Of a DNA stretch of 64,000 nucleotides, positions 27,504-36,750 are shown piece after piece. Under the pieces are notes generated by a model. That model did no database searches and had not been told where the DNA came from. It worked only from the letters and a program-made list of their open reading frames with translations. Numbering within the stretch: position 1 is the first letter of the stretch; every line of letters begins with the position of its first letter. The DNA comes from Clostridium sp. (GTDB lineage Bacteria > Bacillota > Clostridia > TANB77 > CAG-508). The translations under genes were made by a program, and so were the position numbers. The stretch is taken from positions 219,478 through 283,477 of the forward strand of contig JAHAKD010000001.1 in NCBI GenBank assembly GCA_018371855.1. The letters run 5' to 3'.

Positions 27504-28567
27504 TAATTAGAAACAAAGAAACAAAGGAATATATTCCTGTAAAAAATAAATATGGATATTCTAGTTTAGATTTTCAAACTGCTTTTCTTTATATGAGTAG
27601 ACTTCCAGAAAAAGAAAGAAATACTTTAGAAATATATGATAGGGAGCAAAATAAGATAATAGAACCTAAAAAATATGTATCAAATGATAGATATTTACTT
27701 TTCTTAGATAGTAAAGGAATTAATTTAGAAGATTATGCTATGGGAAAAGTTGAATTTAATACTAATGTTGAATATATGGAATTTATCGATAATCTCTCTC
27801 TAAAATTTGAAAATGATATAGGAAAACCTGTTTTATCTAATCAAGATGAATTTACAGATTATATGAAATATAAAGTATTAGGTGCTATTGCATTTAATGA
27901 AGCTTTAAATAATTTAGGAGTGGGAATCATAACTTCATCACCACAGATGAGTTATATGCTAGATAAATATAATATTTCGGAAGAAACAAATTTATCTTTA
28001 TACAAAAGAATTTCTGATAAATGGGAACAAGGTCAAAAATTAAGAATAGTTAGTAATTATAAAGAAGAAGTATTAGACAAAATTCCAACAAAATATTTAG
28101 ATAAATATTTAAAAGTTCTACCCAATGAAAAAGCAGATTCACATGAATTGTATAGAGATATTTCTAAGTATAAAAGAATTGTAGAAAATATTGATAAAAT
28201 AGAAGATAAAAAAGAGCCTGTTAAATTTTTAATTAATTATTCTGAAAATAGGGAATTAAGAAAAGATGATGTTTTAAATTTTAAAGAAATGGAAAGTAAA
28301 ACATACTTGGCAACATTAGAAGTAAAAGCAAGAAATAATGAAGATTCAAAGAAATATGGAGAAGAATTTCATACTTACGACAAAGTAGATTTTACAATAA
28401 TTTTAGATGATAGAAAAGATTTTAAAATTTATTTAGATAACAGAGAAGATATTGGCGATTATCAAAGTTTTAAATCATTTATGAAAAATACTTACATAGA
28501 TGAATTTAATAATAAAATAACTAAAATGTTAAATGAAGCAGAAGAAAGTGAGGAAGAATCTATTTAA
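27500..28567 (+). CDS. Acidic-tail protein (EAEESEEESI), function unknown
   Basis: 355 aa with ATGA-coupled start. The last 10 aa are identical to those of 35236-35688. Confidence 0.65.
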   Translation: MIIRNKETKEYIPVKNKYGYSSLDFQTAFLYMSRLPEKERNTLEIYDREQNKIIEPKKYVSNDRYLLFLDSKGINLEDYAMGKVEFNTNVEYMEFIDNLSLKFENDIGKPVLSNQDEFTDYMKYKVLGAIAFNEALNNLGVGIITSSPQMSYMLDKYNISEETNLSLYKRISDKWEQGQKLRIVSNYKEEVLDKIPTKYLDKYLKVLPNEKADSHELYRDISKYKRIVENIDKIEDKKEPVKFLINYSENRELRKDDVLNFKEMESKTYLATLEVKARNNEDSKKYGEEFHTYDKVDFTIILDDRKDFKIYLDNREDIGDYQSFKSFMKNTYIDEFNNKITKMLNEAEESEEESI

Positions 28568-28591
28568 ATAGAAAGTTGGTGAAAATTTTAG

Positions 28592-29311
28592 ATGTTTAGT
28601 GATTCTAGTACAACAATTATTTATAATATAGTAAATACTATGGGTTGGATCGCAGGAATTGCTTGTGTTGCAATGATAGTAATGGCAGTAATTAAAATAA
28701 TCACAGGAGATGAATCTGACGCAAAAATTTATTTAAGAAGAATTAAAAACGGAATTATTGCATTTATATTAATTTTTTCTATAACATCTATTACTAGATT
28801 AGTTATAAACTCTTATATCGGAACAGATGAAGCAACTATTGGTGATTTTAGTCAACATGCTTATGAAATTGGTAAATCAGCATTAACAGTAAAAGATGGA
28901 AAAGATGTTCAGCTAAGGCAAATAATATTATATAATGATATGAAATTAGTAAGAACTGATGTTGATGAAACCATTAAAGAAGGTACATTTTGGCACAAAA
29001 TAAAAATGAAAGTAGATGTATATAGAAACTATGATGAATGTCAAGGTGCAATGAAAGGCTGGAGTGCAGAAAAATTATATTATGTTTTTAAATCAAGTGA
29101 TGATGTAGGAGATTTAGAAGAAAAAGCAAAATATTATATATTCCCTAAAAATAGTATAGATGATATAGATGGTACAAAAGAAAGTTTTGAAAATTTAATT
29201 GGAAATTATAATTATAGTAAAAATGGATTATTGTTTACAGTTTTAACAGACGCAAATGGTGAAATAAATGCTGAAACTACAAACCCATACAAAGATACTG
29301 ATAATAAATAA
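28592..29311 (+). CDS. VirB2/TrbC-like N-terminal membrane hairpin fused to a ~160-aa extracytoplasmic domain
   Basis: TM1 (WIAGIACVAMIVMAVIKI), loop TGDESD, then TM2 (GIIAFILIFSITSI). Same topology as 23910-24278. Confidence 0.45.
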   Translation: MFSDSSTTIIYNIVNTMGWIAGIACVAMIVMAVIKIITGDESDAKIYLRRIKNGIIAFILIFSITSITRLVINSYIGTDEATIGDFSQHAYEIGKSALTVKDGKDVQLRQIILYNDMKLVRTDVDETIKEGTFWHKIKMKVDVYRNYDECQGAMKGWSAEKLYYVFKSSDDVGDLEEKAKYYIFPKNSIDDIDGTKESFENLIGNYNYSKNGLLFTVLTDANGEINAETTNPYKDTDNK

Positions 29312-29336
29312 AATATAAATAAAGGAGATTTTTAAT

Positions 29337-29657
29337 ATGGAGGAAAACAATAACTATAAAGTACAAATACCAGGTGCAGTAAAAACAAGAATGGAAATAT
29401 TTGATGGTGTGGGAATACCAGAAATAATTTATACAGCAATAGGAGCAGGAATTGGCTTAGTAATAGCAATGCTAATTTACCAAATATCTAAAAACTATAT
29501 TGTTGCATTAATTATATTTGCAATTTGTTCTGGAGGAACTTTTGCAAGTGTAATAAAAGATAAAAACGGAGGTAGTATTGCTCAAACAATTAAAAATGTA
29601 ATTATATTTGTGAAAAGTCAAAAAGTATTTAAATATGTTCGTACAAAAGATTATTAA
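29337..29657 (+). CDS. PrgI/VirB3-like T4SS membrane protein
   Basis: 106 aa with two TM helices. The pattern RMEIFDGVGIPEIIYTAIGAG...VKSQKVFKY is typical of PrgI-family proteins, which normally precede VirB4. Confidence 0.55.
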   Translation: MEENNNYKVQIPGAVKTRMEIFDGVGIPEIIYTAIGAGIGLVIAMLIYQISKNYIVALIIFAICSGGTFASVIKDKNGGSIAQTIKNVIIFVKSQKVFKYVRTKDY

Positions 29658-29690
29658 AATATAAGAATTAAATACAAAAAACACATTAAA

Positions 29691-29726
29691 AAGTCTTACT
29701 TCATTCTTTAGTAAGGCTTCTTTTTA
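29691..29726 (+). terminator. Rho-independent terminator
   Basis: AAGTCTTACT-N9-AGTAAGGCTT followed by CTTTTT. Confidence 0.6.
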
Positions 29727-29786
29727 ATATTTAAAACATTTTAAAGGATAAAAGCATTAAAAAATAAGCATTTTTTAATTATACAT

Positions 29787-29800
29787 TTTAAATATTTAAA
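29787..29800. promoter_or_regulatory. Orphan copy of the palindrome TTTAAATATTTAAA
   Basis: Exact 14-bp palindrome without the downstream TGCAAT block. Confidence 0.4.
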
Positions 29801-30065
29801 GTAATTTAAATAACTTTTATTAAAATGTTTAATTGATTATTTTAAAAATTTATTGTATAATACAATATTGAAATGCTAGAATCAACTGTTATGAAAATAA
29901 CAAAAACATATAAAACCAGAGATAAAAAATTGTATGAAGAAATGAAAACAATAACACAATGACATTATAATTTAGAACTAGAAGATGTAGAATACTTAGC
30001 AAGTATTACCCTATTTATGACTATATGGTAAAAAATATAGGAAATTTTATATAGAGGTGGAACAA

Positions 30066-30419
30066 ATGGAAAATAAATATATATACCAATTAAATAAATC
30101 CTTTTATAAAAAACTTTCAAAAGAAATACAATTACTTTTTAGACTTTCTCCTAAAGATTTTAAAGAATTAATAAATTATGAAGGAACATACGGATTTTCA
30201 ACTTCTATTTATAATACTTGTAGAAAGCTACATAAAGATAATTTAGCGAAATATTATTATAAATCATCAGAAAATGATGGTTTGGATAGTGTTATTGTAA
30301 AAAAACTAATTAGTTTTAAAACAAGAAAAATATTCATACCTAAATCATTTGATTCAAATGATTACTATAGGAAATCTTATAAGGAAAATAAAATTTATTT
30401 AGACAATATCACAAAATAA
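30066..30419 (+). CDS. Hypothetical protein
   Basis: ATG 8 nt after AGAGG (the ORF track starts at GTG 30057). Confidence 0.5.
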   Translation: MENKYIYQLNKSFYKKLSKEIQLLFRLSPKDFKELINYEGTYGFSTSIYNTCRKLHKDNLAKYYYKSSENDGLDSVIVKKLISFKTRKIFIPKSFDSNDYYRKSYKENKIYLDNITK

Positions 30420-30523
30420 ATATTGATTTAACCCCAGATTCATGAAATATAATATATACATTATATTTATTATCAAAGTTATTATAGGTATTTTTATTAA
30501 AAAATAACATTTTTTAGCAAAGT

Positions 30524-30549
30524 AAAGTCTTAAATGACTTTATTTTTTT
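30524..30549 (+). terminator. Weak rho-independent terminator
   Basis: AAAGTC-N6-GACTTT followed by a T-run. Confidence 0.4.
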
Positions 30550-30584
30550 ATATTTTAAATTTAATTTCTATTTTAACATTTCCT

Positions 30585-30673
30585 TTTAAACATTTAAAGA
30601 TATAGATTTTAATAGAGAATGCAATATTTATGCAATTTTTTTAACAAAAATTACGTTTTTTTCTTTCTATAAT
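30585..30673 (+). promoter_or_regulatory. Conserved promoter/operator cassette, subtype I (P5)
   Basis: TTTAAACATTTAAAGATATAGATTTTAAT...AATGCAATATTTATGCAATTTTTTTAACAAAAATTACG...TATAAT. Confidence 0.6.
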
Positions 30674-30707
30674 ATCAATATAATTTTATTAAGATGGGAG
30701 GAGAAAA

Positions 30708-31331
30708 ATGGGTAAGTTCAAATTATTTAGTCGTTCTAATAAAAATAAATCAGGGCAAAAAGAAGAAATATCAGCAAATACATTTTTAAATATTAGAACT
30801 GTGCAAGATGGAAAAATCTATACAATAGACAATAAAATTTTAGGAATTTTAAGAATATATCCAAAAAATTGTAACTTAATGAGCCAAGATGAAAGAAAAG
30901 CACATGCAAGAGTTCTAACCTCTAATATGGCTACAGAACTAAAGCCATTTAAACTGTATTTTGCAAATCGACCAGTAGATTTACAAAGAAATCAAGACTA
31001 TCAGGCTATGCTTATGGATAATGAAGCGAATTCTACTAAGTTCTATCTTTTAAATCAAAGAATGAAGTCGTTTGGTATGTTGTCAGCAACAGGCAAAGCA
31101 CAAGAATCTGAAATTTACTTAATCATTTGGGAAACAAAACTAGATGACCATTCAGCAGTAGAAATTGATAAAAGATTAAATGAAATGAAAAGAAACTTAT
31201 CAAATGCAACATATAAAACAGAAATTTTAAATGATAAGCAAATAATTCAAGTCATTAATGGCTTTACTAATCCAATTACGGCATATTTAGAAGATCAAGA
31301 TTATATGGATAATGTAGTTCAAATAAAATAA
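30708..31331 (+). CDS. T4SS-associated protein resembling a stand-alone VirB4 N-terminal domain (tentative)
   Basis: RBS GGGAGGAG. LNIRTVQDGKIYTIDNKILGILRIYPKNCNLMSQDE...FKLYFANRPVDL resembles the N-terminal region of Gram-positive VirB4 proteins. Confidence 0.35.
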   Translation: MGKFKLFSRSNKNKSGQKEEISANTFLNIRTVQDGKIYTIDNKILGILRIYPKNCNLMSQDERKAHARVLTSNMATELKPFKLYFANRPVDLQRNQDYQAMLMDNEANSTKFYLLNQRMKSFGMLSATGKAQESEIYLIIWETKLDDHSAVEIDKRLNEMKRNLSNATYKTEILNDKQIIQVINGFTNPITAYLEDQDYMDNVVQIK

Positions 31332-31349
31332 AAGGAGGTAAAAAGGAAA

Positions 31350-34300
31350 ATGAGCAAAAAAATATTTAAAAATACAACTATTCTATTATTAATATTTTTC
31401 ATGATAATTCAAATTATATTACCTAGTCTAGTTCAAGCTAATTATACATTTCCTATGGACGCATATTTAGTTTCAAGTCATACAACACCATATATGATTT
31501 ATTATAAAGGGCAACGTTCACACGCTTCTTTTGTTACATACAATTATAATGGTGTAAACTATCCAGCATATTGTATGAATGATGGAAGTCCAGGAGCAGA
31601 AACAAATCCATATACTGTTCATGTTGATGGAGTATGGAATAATAATGCAATATGGAGAGTTGCATTTCATGGCTATCCTTATACAACGCCAGCAAGTATG
31701 GGATTAAATAGTGATGATGAAGCATTTTATGTAACGAAACATGCTATGTATTGTGTTTTAGGACAAAGAAATATAGCAGATTATTCACCAATGTCAGGAT
31801 ATGAAAGAGTATATAATGCTTTAGTAAATTTAGTAAATTATGGATTTAATGGAGGAGATGTATATCAATCAGCAAGAGTTGATATTACTAAAGAAGGAAA
31901 TTTATATAAAGATAATATTGGTGGAACTAACTATTATTCACAAAATTATAGAATCACTTCACCAGTTGAACTTGCAAGCTATGATGTAGAAAGATTGAAT
32001 TTCCCTTATGGCACTAAAATATTTAATATGTCAAATGGAGAACAATATAACTTTACAGGAGAACAAACTATTAAAGTTTCTATACCAGAAACAAGTATTA
32101 CTTCTGATGTAAATGGTACAGTAGTAGTACAAAATGCAAATTGTAAAACATATCCTATTTTATATGGAAACACATCAGTACCAGGTACTCAAAACTATTG
32201 TCTAGTCGGCGATCCATACGAATTTGCAGGAGCAAATATTAGTGAACAATTTAGAGGAAATGTTTCTACTATAACAGTAAATAAAACAGATGTAGAAACT
32301 AATCAAGCAATAAATGATACTGAATTTCAATTATTAAAAGATGGTCAAGTTTTACAAACTAAAACTACAGATGATAACGGAAAAGTAACATTTACAGATT
32401 TATATGCAGGAAATTACACAGTAAAAGAAACAAGAACTAATGATAATTATGTTCCAAATAATCAAGAACAACAGCAAAGCTTAATCTATAACCAAAATGC
32501 AACAATGAATTTAACAAATGAACATAAGAAAGGTACTTTAAAAGTAAATAAAATTGATAAAGATAATCATAAAATTCAGATGGGACATGTCTTATTTGAT
32601 GTATATTCACGAGAATTTGATAAAGTTATAGATACCATTAGAACTGATGAAAATGGTGAAATAACAATACCTAATATGAGAACTGGTACTTATACTCTAA
32701 AAGAAAAAGAAACAAATAAATGGTATACTTTAGCACCAGATACAGATGTAGAAGTTTTTTGGGAGCAAGAAAAGCCAGTATCTGAATATACTATAGAAAA
32801 TGAAAAGAAGAAAGGTCAAATTAAAATTTATAAATTTGATCAGGATTTTGCTTCAAATCCAGTTTCTTATGTAGAAGATGATAGTAATCTTCCAGACAAG
32901 ATAATGCTTGAAGGAGTTAAGTTTGATATATATGATGATAGTGGAAACAAAGTACAGACAATAACAACAGATGAAAATGGTGAAGCTACTAGTATGAGAT
33001 TACCTGTTGATACAACTTATACAGTAAAAGAGGTAGAAACGTTAGATAATTATTATTTAAATACAGAAACACAAGAAGTTCATTTTAATAATGTTGATGG
33101 TGATCAACAGACTTTATATGTACTAAATGAGCATAAAAAAGGAAATGCTAAAATCACTAAAGTAGATAAAGATGACCATGATACTAAATTAGGTGCAGTC
33201 GAATTTGATGTTTATTCTTATGAATTTGATACAGTTATAGGTCGTGCTACAACAGACGCAAATGGAGAAATTAACATAGAAAACTTAAGAACAGGTAAAT
33301 ATCAATTAAGAGAAACAAAGACAAATGATTTTTATAAATTAGCAGTTCCAGTTGATTTTGAGGTAAAAGATAAAGAAACTACTGATGTAGTAGTAGAAAA
33401 CGAAAAGAAAAAAGGACAAGTAAAAATCATTAAAGTTGATAAAGATAATAATCAAATAAAATTACAAGGTGTAAAATTTAATATTTATGATAAAAATGGA
33501 AAACTAGTAGATACAATAACTACTGATAAAAATGGAGAAGCAACAAGTTCAAAACTTCCATTAATGTATAACCCTTATTCAGTAAAAGAAGTTGAAACTA
33601 ATATGTTATATGAATTAAAAGAAACACCACAAACAATAGAATTAGAAGAAGATCAAATAAAGAATTTAACTTTTGAAAACGAAAGAAAGAAAGGTCAATT
33701 ACAAGTAACTAAAGTTGATTTAGATAATCCAGATACAAAACTTGAAGGAGTTACATTTGAAATATACAAAGAAGATGGAACAAAAATAGATACTATGACA
33801 ACAGGCGAAAACGGAATTGCAACAAGCCATAGACTTCCAGCTTATGATAGATATATTTTAAAAGAAGTAAAAACATTAGATAATTATAGATTAAATACTA
33901 AGGAAACACCTTTTGTTCTTGCATGGAATCAAACTTTAAAATTAACAGTACAAAACGAAAAGAAGAAAGGTCAAATACAAATTTATAAATTTGACCAAGA
34001 TTATCCATTACACATGAATAGAAGTTCAGATACAGAAGAAACTCCAGAAATTATGCTTGAAGGTGTTAAGTTTGAAATATATGATAAAGACCAAAACTTA
34101 GTAGATACTATAGTAACAGACAAAGATGGAACAGCAACAAGTAAAGAACTTCCAATAGACAATATTTATACAGTAAAGGAAGTTGAAACTAAAGAAAATT
34201 ATATATTAAATAATGAAACACAAGAAGTTCAATTTACAGAAGATAAAGAAATACAAACATTAGAAATTGAAAATGAACATGAGAAAGGTAATGTTAAAAT

Positions 34301-35153
34301 TACAAAAGTAGATAAAGATAGTCCAGATTTAGTTTTACCTAATGCAAAATTTGACATATATTCTTATGAATTTGATAAAGTTGTAAATACAGTTACAACA
34401 AACGAAAAAGGCGAAATTAATATAGAAAACTTAAGAACAGGTAAATATCAATTAAGAGAAATTGAAGCTCCAGAATTTTATAATAAATCTGATACTATTG
34501 ATTTTGAAGTAAGGAACAATGAAACTACTATTTTAAATGTAGTAGATGAAAAACAAAAAGGAACTATTGTAATCAATAAAACAGATTTAGATGACCAAAA
34601 TATTAAACTTGAAGGAGTTAAGTTTGAGATATACGATAAAGACCAAAACTTAGTAGATACATTAGTAACAGATAAAAATGGAATGGCAACAAGCAAAGCT
34701 CTTCCAATAGACAATGTTTATACAATAAAAGAAATAGAAACAGCTGATAATTATTATCTAAGTGATAAAACTTATGAGGTTCAATTTACAGAGGACAAAG
34801 AAGTTAAGACAGTAAACATTACTAATGAGCATGAAAAAGGCAATGTAGATATATATAAACATGATTCAGAGGAAGAAAAGGCTTTACAAGGAGCAGAATT
34901 TGAACTTACTAACCTAACAGAAAACAAAGTAATTGGCAAATATACTACAGATGAAAATGGAAAAATAAATATAACTGGATTAAGAACAGGAGTTTACTTA
35001 TTAAAAGAAACAAAAACTCCAGAGGGATATAAATTATCTAAAGATATTACATTTGAAGTAAAAGCTGATTCTACAACAACTTTAGATATAGCAGAATTAA
35101 AAATTGATAAACCAGTTACAACAATGGAAGTATTACCAAAGACAGGATTCTAA
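31350..35153 (+). CDS. Large surface adhesin: signal peptide, thioester-like N-domain, 10 Cna-B/SpaA-type repeats, C-terminal LPKTGF-stop
   Basis: YPAYCMNDGSPG plus TKHAMYCVL (thioester-domain-like). Repeats start NE[HKR][KE]KGx[IV]x[IV]xKxD and contain TTDxNGExxxxxLxxGxYxxKE. Ends VLPKTGF*. Confidence 0.85.
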   Translation: MSKKIFKNTTILLLIFFMIIQIILPSLVQANYTFPMDAYLVSSHTTPYMIYYKGQRSHASFVTYNYNGVNYPAYCMNDGSPGAETNPYTVHVDGVWNNNAIWRVAFHGYPYTTPASMGLNSDDEAFYVTKHAMYCVLGQRNIADYSPMSGYERVYNALVNLVNYGFNGGDVYQSARVDITKEGNLYKDNIGGTNYYSQNYRITSPVELASYDVERLNFPYGTKIFNMSNGEQYNFTGEQTIKVSIPETSITSDVNGTVVVQNANCKTYPILYGNTSVPGTQNYCLVGDPYEFAGANISEQFRGNVSTITVNKTDVETNQAINDTEFQLLKDGQVLQTKTTDDNGKVTFTDLYAGNYTVKETRTNDNYVPNNQEQQQSLIYNQNATMNLTNEHKKGTLKVNKIDKDNHKIQMGHVLFDVYSREFDKVIDTIRTDENGEITIPNMRTGTYTLKEKETNKWYTLAPDTDVEVFWEQEKPVSEYTIENEKKKGQIKIYKFDQDFASNPVSYVEDDSNLPDKIMLEGVKFDIYDDSGNKVQTITTDENGEATSMRLPVDTTYTVKEVETLDNYYLNTETQEVHFNNVDGDQQTLYVLNEHKKGNAKITKVDKDDHDTKLGAVEFDVYSYEFDTVIGRATTDANGEINIENLRTGKYQLRETKTNDFYKLAVPVDFEVKDKETTDVVVENEKKKGQVKIIKVDKDNNQIKLQGVKFNIYDKNGKLVDTITTDKNGEATSSKLPLMYNPYSVKEVETNMLYELKETPQTIELEEDQIKNLTFENERKKGQLQVTKVDLDNPDTKLEGVTFEIYKEDGTKIDTMTTGENGIATSHRLPAYDRYILKEVKTLDNYRLNTKETPFVLAWNQTLKLTVQNEKKKGQIQIYKFDQDYPLHMNRSSDTEETPEIMLEGVKFEIYDKDQNLVDTIVTDKDGTATSKELPIDNIYTVKEVETKENYILNNETQEVQFTEDKEIQTLEIENEHEKGNVKITKVDKDSPDLVLPNAKFDIYSYEFDKVVNTVTTNEKGEINIENLRTGKYQLREIEAPEFYNKSDTIDFEVRNNETTILNVVDEKQKGTIVINKTDLDDQNIKLEGVKFEIYDKDQNLVDTLVTDKNGMATSKALPIDNVYTIKEIETADNYYLSDKTYEVQFTEDKEVKTVNITNEHEKGNVDIYKHDSEEEKALQGAEFELTNLTENKVIGKYTTDENGKINITGLRTGVYLLKETKTPEGYKLSKDITFEVKADSTTTLDIAELKIDKPVTTMEVLPKTGF

Positions 35154-35174
35154 AATAAATAATTATTAATAAAT

Positions 35175-35210
35175 GGCAACTATTGAAATAAAAGATAGTT
35201 GCCTTCTTTA
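35175..35210 (+). terminator. Terminator (GCAACTAT...ATAGTTGC family)
   Basis: GGCAACTAT-N11-ATAGTTGCC. The same stem sequence recurs at 41875 and 53481. Confidence 0.55.
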
Positions 35211-35235
35211 AATTATAAAGAGAGAGGGAAAAATT

Positions 35236-35688
35236 ATGAGTGAAACATATCAAGAGATGAAAAAAAGACAAGAAGAAGAATTAACAAAAATTCCAAAAAA
35301 GTTTGCTTTTACAGATGAACAATTTAAACAAGGAATGAAAGAATTGGGCTTAAATGAAAATGATACAGATAAAATTGTAGGTATTGGAGCAGGTGGCTTC
35401 ATGAAAAAAACAGATGTAGAAGATTATAAAGGATTGCAAAAAAAACATTTTAAAGAATTTTGGAAAGAAATTGTTAATGATAAAGTTGGAGATAAGTTTA
35501 TAAAAGATATGTTTTTATATGAATTAAATAATCACGAATATGGTTATACGAATGATATTACAGATACACTAATGAGTTTAGGATTAAGTGATAAAGATAT
35601 TAGAGAAAATGAAAACTTAAGAACAGGCTTAATACTAGCAGAAAAGGAAATATTAGAGGCAGAAGAAAGCGAAGAAGAATCTATTTAA
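35236..35688 (+). CDS. Acidic-tail protein (EAEESEEESI); conserved small protein type found on conjugative elements
   Basis: 150 aa with RBS AGAGGGA. Contains FAFTDEQFKQGMKELGL...FLYELNNHEYGYT. Confidence 0.65.
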   Translation: MSETYQEMKKRQEEELTKIPKKFAFTDEQFKQGMKELGLNENDTDKIVGIGAGGFMKKTDVEDYKGLQKKHFKEFWKEIVNDKVGDKFIKDMFLYELNNHEYGYTNDITDTLMSLGLSDKDIRENENLRTGLILAEKEILEAEESEEESI

Positions 35689-35695
35689 AATAGTT

Positions 35696-35709
35696 TTAAA
35701 TATTTAAAG
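35696..35709. promoter_or_regulatory. Orphan copy of the palindrome TTTAAATATTTAAA
   Basis: Exact palindrome followed by GGTATTTTAAT. Lies upstream of 35858. Confidence 0.4.
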
Positions 35710-35857
35710 GTATTTTAATTGATTTAGAAAATTATTTTAAAAATAGAGAAGTAGAAGTATCTGAAATGAAACTTTAGAAGAAGCAGAAAAAATGCTATAT
35801 AAACATAAACAAAATTTTTTAAAAAATGGAACAGAAAAATACAAGGAGGAAACTAAT

Positions 35858-36517
35858 ATGGATAAATTAAATATAAAAGTAGAATTAAAAAAAATAAACA
35901 AGGAAGATTCAAACTTAAAAGGATTTGCTGATATAACGTTAGCAGGAGTTACAATAAAAGATGTTGCAGTAAAAGAAATTCCTACAAAAGAAGGAACAAT
36001 AGTAGCTTTTGATACACCTAATATTGATAAATACCAAGATAAAGAAGGAAATATGAAATACATAAAAAGTGTAAGCATAAATACTAAAAAGGATAACTTA
36101 ATACCAGAGATAAGAAAAGCTTTATTAGAAGCCTTAACATCAAACGAAACTAATGAATATGGAAAGACAGTTATAAATCATGAAACAAATATTGAATATG
36201 ATAAAGATTATGTGAAATCTTATATTAGACCATTATCTTTTGAAAATAATCCTTATATAAAAGCAACTGGTAGAATACTAGTAGGTGGTGTTTTAGCATT
36301 AAATAATGTACGATTAAATGAAGGCGTTTCAAAGGAAGGTAATGAATTTCAATCAATTTCTGTTCCAGAAAAAAAGATTGATCAAGAATATAAACCTTTA
36401 GTATATCTTGATAAAGATTTAAGAGATAAAATAAAAGATAATTTAGTTTCAGAATATAATAAAGAAACTAAGGAACAAGAAGCAAATAATGAAGAAGCAG
36501 AAGAAGATGAGATTTAA
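35858..36517 (+). CDS. SpoVG-like N-terminal domain protein with extension and acidic tail (EAEEDEI)
   Basis: ATG 35858 after AAGGAGGAAACTAAT. LNIKVELKKINKEDSNLKGFADITLAGVTIKDVAVKE is SpoVG-fold-like. Confidence 0.5.
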   Translation: MDKLNIKVELKKINKEDSNLKGFADITLAGVTIKDVAVKEIPTKEGTIVAFDTPNIDKYQDKEGNMKYIKSVSINTKKDNLIPEIRKALLEALTSNETNEYGKTVINHETNIEYDKDYVKSYIRPLSFENNPYIKATGRILVGGVLALNNVRLNEGVSKEGNEFQSISVPEKKIDQEYKPLVYLDKDLRDKIKDNLVSEYNKETKEQEANNEEAEEDEI

Positions 36518-36559
36518 AATTATTATTCTAAATAACCCCTCTTTTAATATAGATACATA

Positions 36560-36607
36560 AAAGCTCTTAAAGTAGTAATTAAGCTATTTTAAGGGCTTTA
36601 TTTTTTT
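36560..36607 (+). terminator. Rho-independent terminator (homologous to 20965-21011)
   Basis: AGCTCTTAAAGTAG-N8-CTATTTTAAGGGCT followed by a T-run. Confidence 0.6.
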
Positions 36608-36624
36608 ATCTTTTAAAATAATCC

Positions 36625-36713
36625 TTTAAATATTTAAAGGTATAGATTTTAATATCAAATGCAATATTTATGCAATTTTTTTAACAAAAATAAGATTTTA
36701 TTCCCTCTATAAT
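36625..36713 (+). promoter_or_regulatory. Conserved promoter/operator cassette, subtype I (P6, upstream of virB4)
   Basis: TTTAAATATTTAAAGGTATAGATTTTAAT...AATGCAATATTTATGCAATTTTTTTAACAAAAATAAG...TATAAT. Confidence 0.6.
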
Positions 36714-36750
36714 TTTTTTATAAAAATAAAAAATAGGAGGGAATAAAAAG

